A stretch of 64,000 nt of DNA from an uncultured delta proteobacterium (lineage in GTDB: Bacteria; Desulfobacterota; Desulfuromonadia; Desulfuromonadales; JACZKF01): NCBI GenBank assembly GCA_963816395.1, contig CAWFKQ010000006.1, positions 128,001-192,000 on the forward strand, in the 5' to 3' direction. Of this stretch, positions 61,498 through 64,000 are shown piece by piece. The position numbers and the translations under genes are program-made. A model generated the notes under the pieces. That model was not told the origin of the DNA. It searched no databases and saw only the letters and a program-made list of their open reading frames with translations. Every line of letters begins with the position of its first letter. Within the stretch, counting starts at the first letter, position 1.

Positions 61498-62082
61498 ATG
61501 AAAATCCAGAAGCCGTGGCAGCTGGGAGCGATTCTGATCGCTTTGTCTTTTTCGCTCATCACCGGCAGCGATGCACTCGCCGGGGAAACAGTTGTCTACA
61601 CTAAGTACAACATCCATGTGCAGGATCAAGTGGACCGCCGCGGCAATCACCGGTATCAAGCGAGTTACGCCAACTACACCGATCCCGGCACCGGCCACCT
61701 GATCATCCCGGCCGGCTCGCCGATTGTCATCGAGAAGAAGAACCGCAAGCAGTTCCTGTTTCTGTCCCAGAAAAACAATATCGAGGTCGAATTCGAGTTC
61801 CACGAGCCGCGGATGGGGATGAGCGTAGATCAGTATATCGATCTCATCACCTCGCCTTCACCGGTTTCCCTGAGCAAGCTTTCCAAACAGGACCGCCATG
61901 GGGTCGAGGAAGGAAAGGCCAGTATCGGCATGACCAAAGAAGGGGTCCTTGCCGCTCTGGGCTATCCGGCCGCCCATCGCACCCCTTCCCTGGACGCCGA
62001 CGAGTGGGTCTACTGGACCAACCGGTTCAAGTCGATCGCCGTCGATTTCGAAAATGGAAAAGTCCGGCAGGTTCGCCGGTGA
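61498..62082 (+). CDS. Exported hypothetical protein with BamE/SmpA-like C-terminal motif
   Basis: Signal peptide (..SDALA); IGMTKEGVLAALGYP..WVYW..VDFENGKV. Confidence 0.75.
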   Translation: MKIQKPWQLGAILIALSFSLITGSDALAGETVVYTKYNIHVQDQVDRRGNHRYQASYANYTDPGTGHLIIPAGSPIVIEKKNRKQFLFLSQKNNIEVEFEFHEPRMGMSVDQYIDLITSPSPVSLSKLSKQDRHGVEEGKASIGMTKEGVLAALGYPAAHRTPSLDADEWVYWTNRFKSIAVDFENGKVRQVRR

Positions 62083-62130
62083 ATTTCCCGCGCCGCCGGT
62101 TCGCCGGCGGCCGTATGCAGGTGCACGCGC

Positions 62131-62859
62131 ATGAGTAATGGCAGAATTGCACTGGTGACCGGCGGCAGTCGGGGAATCGGGGCGGCGATCGCCCTCGCCC
62201 TGGCGGGGGACGGTTATGATATCTGGCTGAATTTCCGCAGCGACCGGGATGCCGCCGGGCAGGTTGCCCGCGCCGTGGAGCAGGCCGGCAGGACCTGTCG
62301 CCTGCTCCCTTTTGATGTGGCCGATGCCGGGGCGGCAAAAGCCGCTCTGGAGCCGCTTCTCGAAGGGGAAGTCCCCTTCGTCCTGGTCAACAACGCCGGG
62401 TTTGCCAGAGATACCCTGATGATCTGGATGAAGCAGGAGGAATGGAAAGACGTTCTCGCCGTCCACCTGGACGGATTCTTCCATGTGACCAAGCTGGTCC
62501 TCAACCAGATGCTCAAAAAGCGGCAGGGGAGAATAATCAACATCGTCTCCACCTCCGGCCAGAGCGGCATGCCTGGCCAGGTCAACTATTCGGCGGCCAA
62601 GGCGGGCCTGATCGGCGCCAGCCGGGCCCTGGCGGCCGAAGTCGCCAAGCGCAACATCCTCGTCAATGCGGTCTCCCCCGGATTCATCGAAACGGAGATG
62701 ATCAAGGACCTGCCCCGAGAAAGGATTCTGTCGATGATTCCCCTGGGACGGGTCGGCAGGCCGGAAGAAGTGGCAGGGGTGGTCAGCTTTCTCTGTTCGG
62801 AGAAGGCTTCCTACGTCACCGGACAGGTGATCTCCGTGAACGGCGGCACTTACATGTGA
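62131..62859 (+). CDS. fabG: 3-oxoacyl-ACP reductase
   Basis: ALVTGGSRGIG, LVNNAG, GRIINIVS, GQVNYSAAKAG, VSPGFIET, YVTGQVISVNGG. Confidence 0.93.
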   Translation: MSNGRIALVTGGSRGIGAAIALALAGDGYDIWLNFRSDRDAAGQVARAVEQAGRTCRLLPFDVADAGAAKAALEPLLEGEVPFVLVNNAGFARDTLMIWMKQEEWKDVLAVHLDGFFHVTKLVLNQMLKKRQGRIINIVSTSGQSGMPGQVNYSAAKAGLIGASRALAAEVAKRNILVNAVSPGFIETEMIKDLPRERILSMIPLGRVGRPEEVAGVVSFLCSEKASYVTGQVISVNGGTYM

Positions 62860-62911
62860 TATTCGACCGGACCTCGTTCCGGCGTTGATGTTTCCCTCCG
62901 CAAGGAAGTTC

Positions 62912-64000
62912 ATGTTCAGAATAGCCATTACCGGCGTCGGTATCATCTCCTGTCTCGGCAACGACAGGGAAACGGTGACCCAGGCACTGCGCGAGGGGCG
63001 ATCCGGGATCGTCATCGATCCGGAACGTCAGGCTCTCGGCTTTCGCAGCCCGCTCACCGGCGCCATCCGCGACTTCGACCCGACCCGCCATCTGAGCAAA
63101 AAACAGCGCAAGTCGATGCCCGAGTTCGCCGTCTGGGCGCATGCCGCGGCCCTGGATGCCCTCGAACAGGCGGGACTGTCGCCGGAGGAGATCCAGAACG
63201 ACGAGAGCGGACTGCTCTTCGGCTGCGATTCGAGCTGCCTTGCGGCGGTGGAACAGGTGCAGGCCCTGCGCCAGAGCGGCGAAACCAAGTCCCTCGGCAG
63301 CGGTCTCATTTTTCGCTCGATGACCTCCACCGTCACCATGAACATCAATACCCTGCTAAAGACGCGGGGCGCCTGCTGGACCATCAGTTCCGCCTGTTCG
63401 AGCGGCGGTCATGCCATCGGCCAGGCCGCCGACCTGATCGCCCTCGGCCGGCAGGAGAGGGTGATCTGCGGCGGTGCCCAGGAATTGAACTGGGAATCGA
63501 TGTGCAGCTTCGATGGCCTGGGCGCCTTCTCGACCCGGGTGGCGGAACCCGCGGCCGCCTGCCGGCCCTTCGATGCCGACCGTGACGGGCTGGTGCCGAG
63601 CGGCGGCGCCGCCGTCGTGGTGCTGGAGCGCTACGATTTGGCCAAGGCGCGCGGCGCGGCTATCCTGGGCGAGGTGCTCGCCTATGCCTTTTCTTCCGAC
63701 GGCGACAACATTTCCGTGCCGAGTCGGGACGGTCTGCAGCGGGCGATGCGGCGGGCTCTGGCCGGCGGCCGTCTGGCCCCCGCCGACATCGATTATCTCT
63801 GCGCCCATGCCACCTCGACCCAGGCTGGCGATGCGGCGGAAGCGGCGAATATTGCCGCCTTCTTCGGACCGCAGACGCCGCCGGTCTCTTCCCTGAAATC
63901 GATGACCGGGCACGAGCTGTGGATGTCCGGCGCCTCGCAGGTCGTCTATTCGGTACTCATGGCGCGCGGCGGCTTTATTGCCGCCAATATCAATTTCCGG
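62912..64000 (+). CDS. Beta-ketoacyl-ACP synthase (KS); runs off the window edge; absent from the ORF track
   Basis: MFRIAITGVGIISCLG, TISSACSSGGHAIG (catalytic Cys), RPFDADRDGLV, AHATST, SLKSMTGHE. Confidence 0.92.
   Translation, partial: MFRIAITGVGIISCLGNDRETVTQALREGRSGIVIDPERQALGFRSPLTGAIRDFDPTRHLSKKQRKSMPEFAVWAHAAALDALEQAGLSPEEIQNDESGLLFGCDSSCLAAVEQVQALRQSGETKSLGSGLIFRSMTSTVTMNINTLLKTRGACWTISSACSSGGHAIGQAADLIALGRQERVICGGAQELNWESMCSFDGLGAFSTRVAEPAAACRPFDADRDGLVPSGGAAVVVLERYDLAKARGAAILGEVLAYAFSSDGDNISVPSRDGLQRAMRRALAGGRLAPADIDYLCAHATSTQAGDAAEAANIAAFFGPQTPPVSSLKSMTGHELWMSGASQVVYSVLMARGGFIAANINFR

Overview
GC-rich bacterial chromosome segment. Gene content and order (thiFSGHE, Ehr clusters, pta/ackA/ferredoxin, small c-type cytochrome, hgcAB) suggest an anaerobic Desulfuromonadales/Geobacterales-type deltaproteobacterium (inference). 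Left to right: SLC13/TrkA-C transporter (cut by the window edge), TPP-riboswitch-controlled thiF-S-G-H-E, glpK, several lipoproteins, lhgO, the mercury methylation pair hgcA-hgcB directly downstream of aroF, yggT-divIVA-yggU, a lipoprotein multicopper oxidase, and two back-to-back hydrogenase-4-like (Ehr) operons whose large subunits lack NiFe ligands. Then come small metal-binding proteins, housekeeping enzymes, a one-carbon cluster (folD-metV-metF-gcvT-H-PA-PB), tonB, pta/ackA, ferredoxin, tatA, hpt, gshB, tRNA-Arg(CCG) and the start of a fabG/ketosynthase cluster. Best hidden signal: HgcA has an unannotated N-terminal extension with an in-frame Cys-TGA dipeptide followed by a SECIS-like hairpin, so it is probably a selenocysteine-containing HgcA. 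Roughly 19 genes carry single-base frameshifts, most likely assembly errors, so many boundaries are reconstructed. No CRISPR, rRNA, integrase or transposase was seen.
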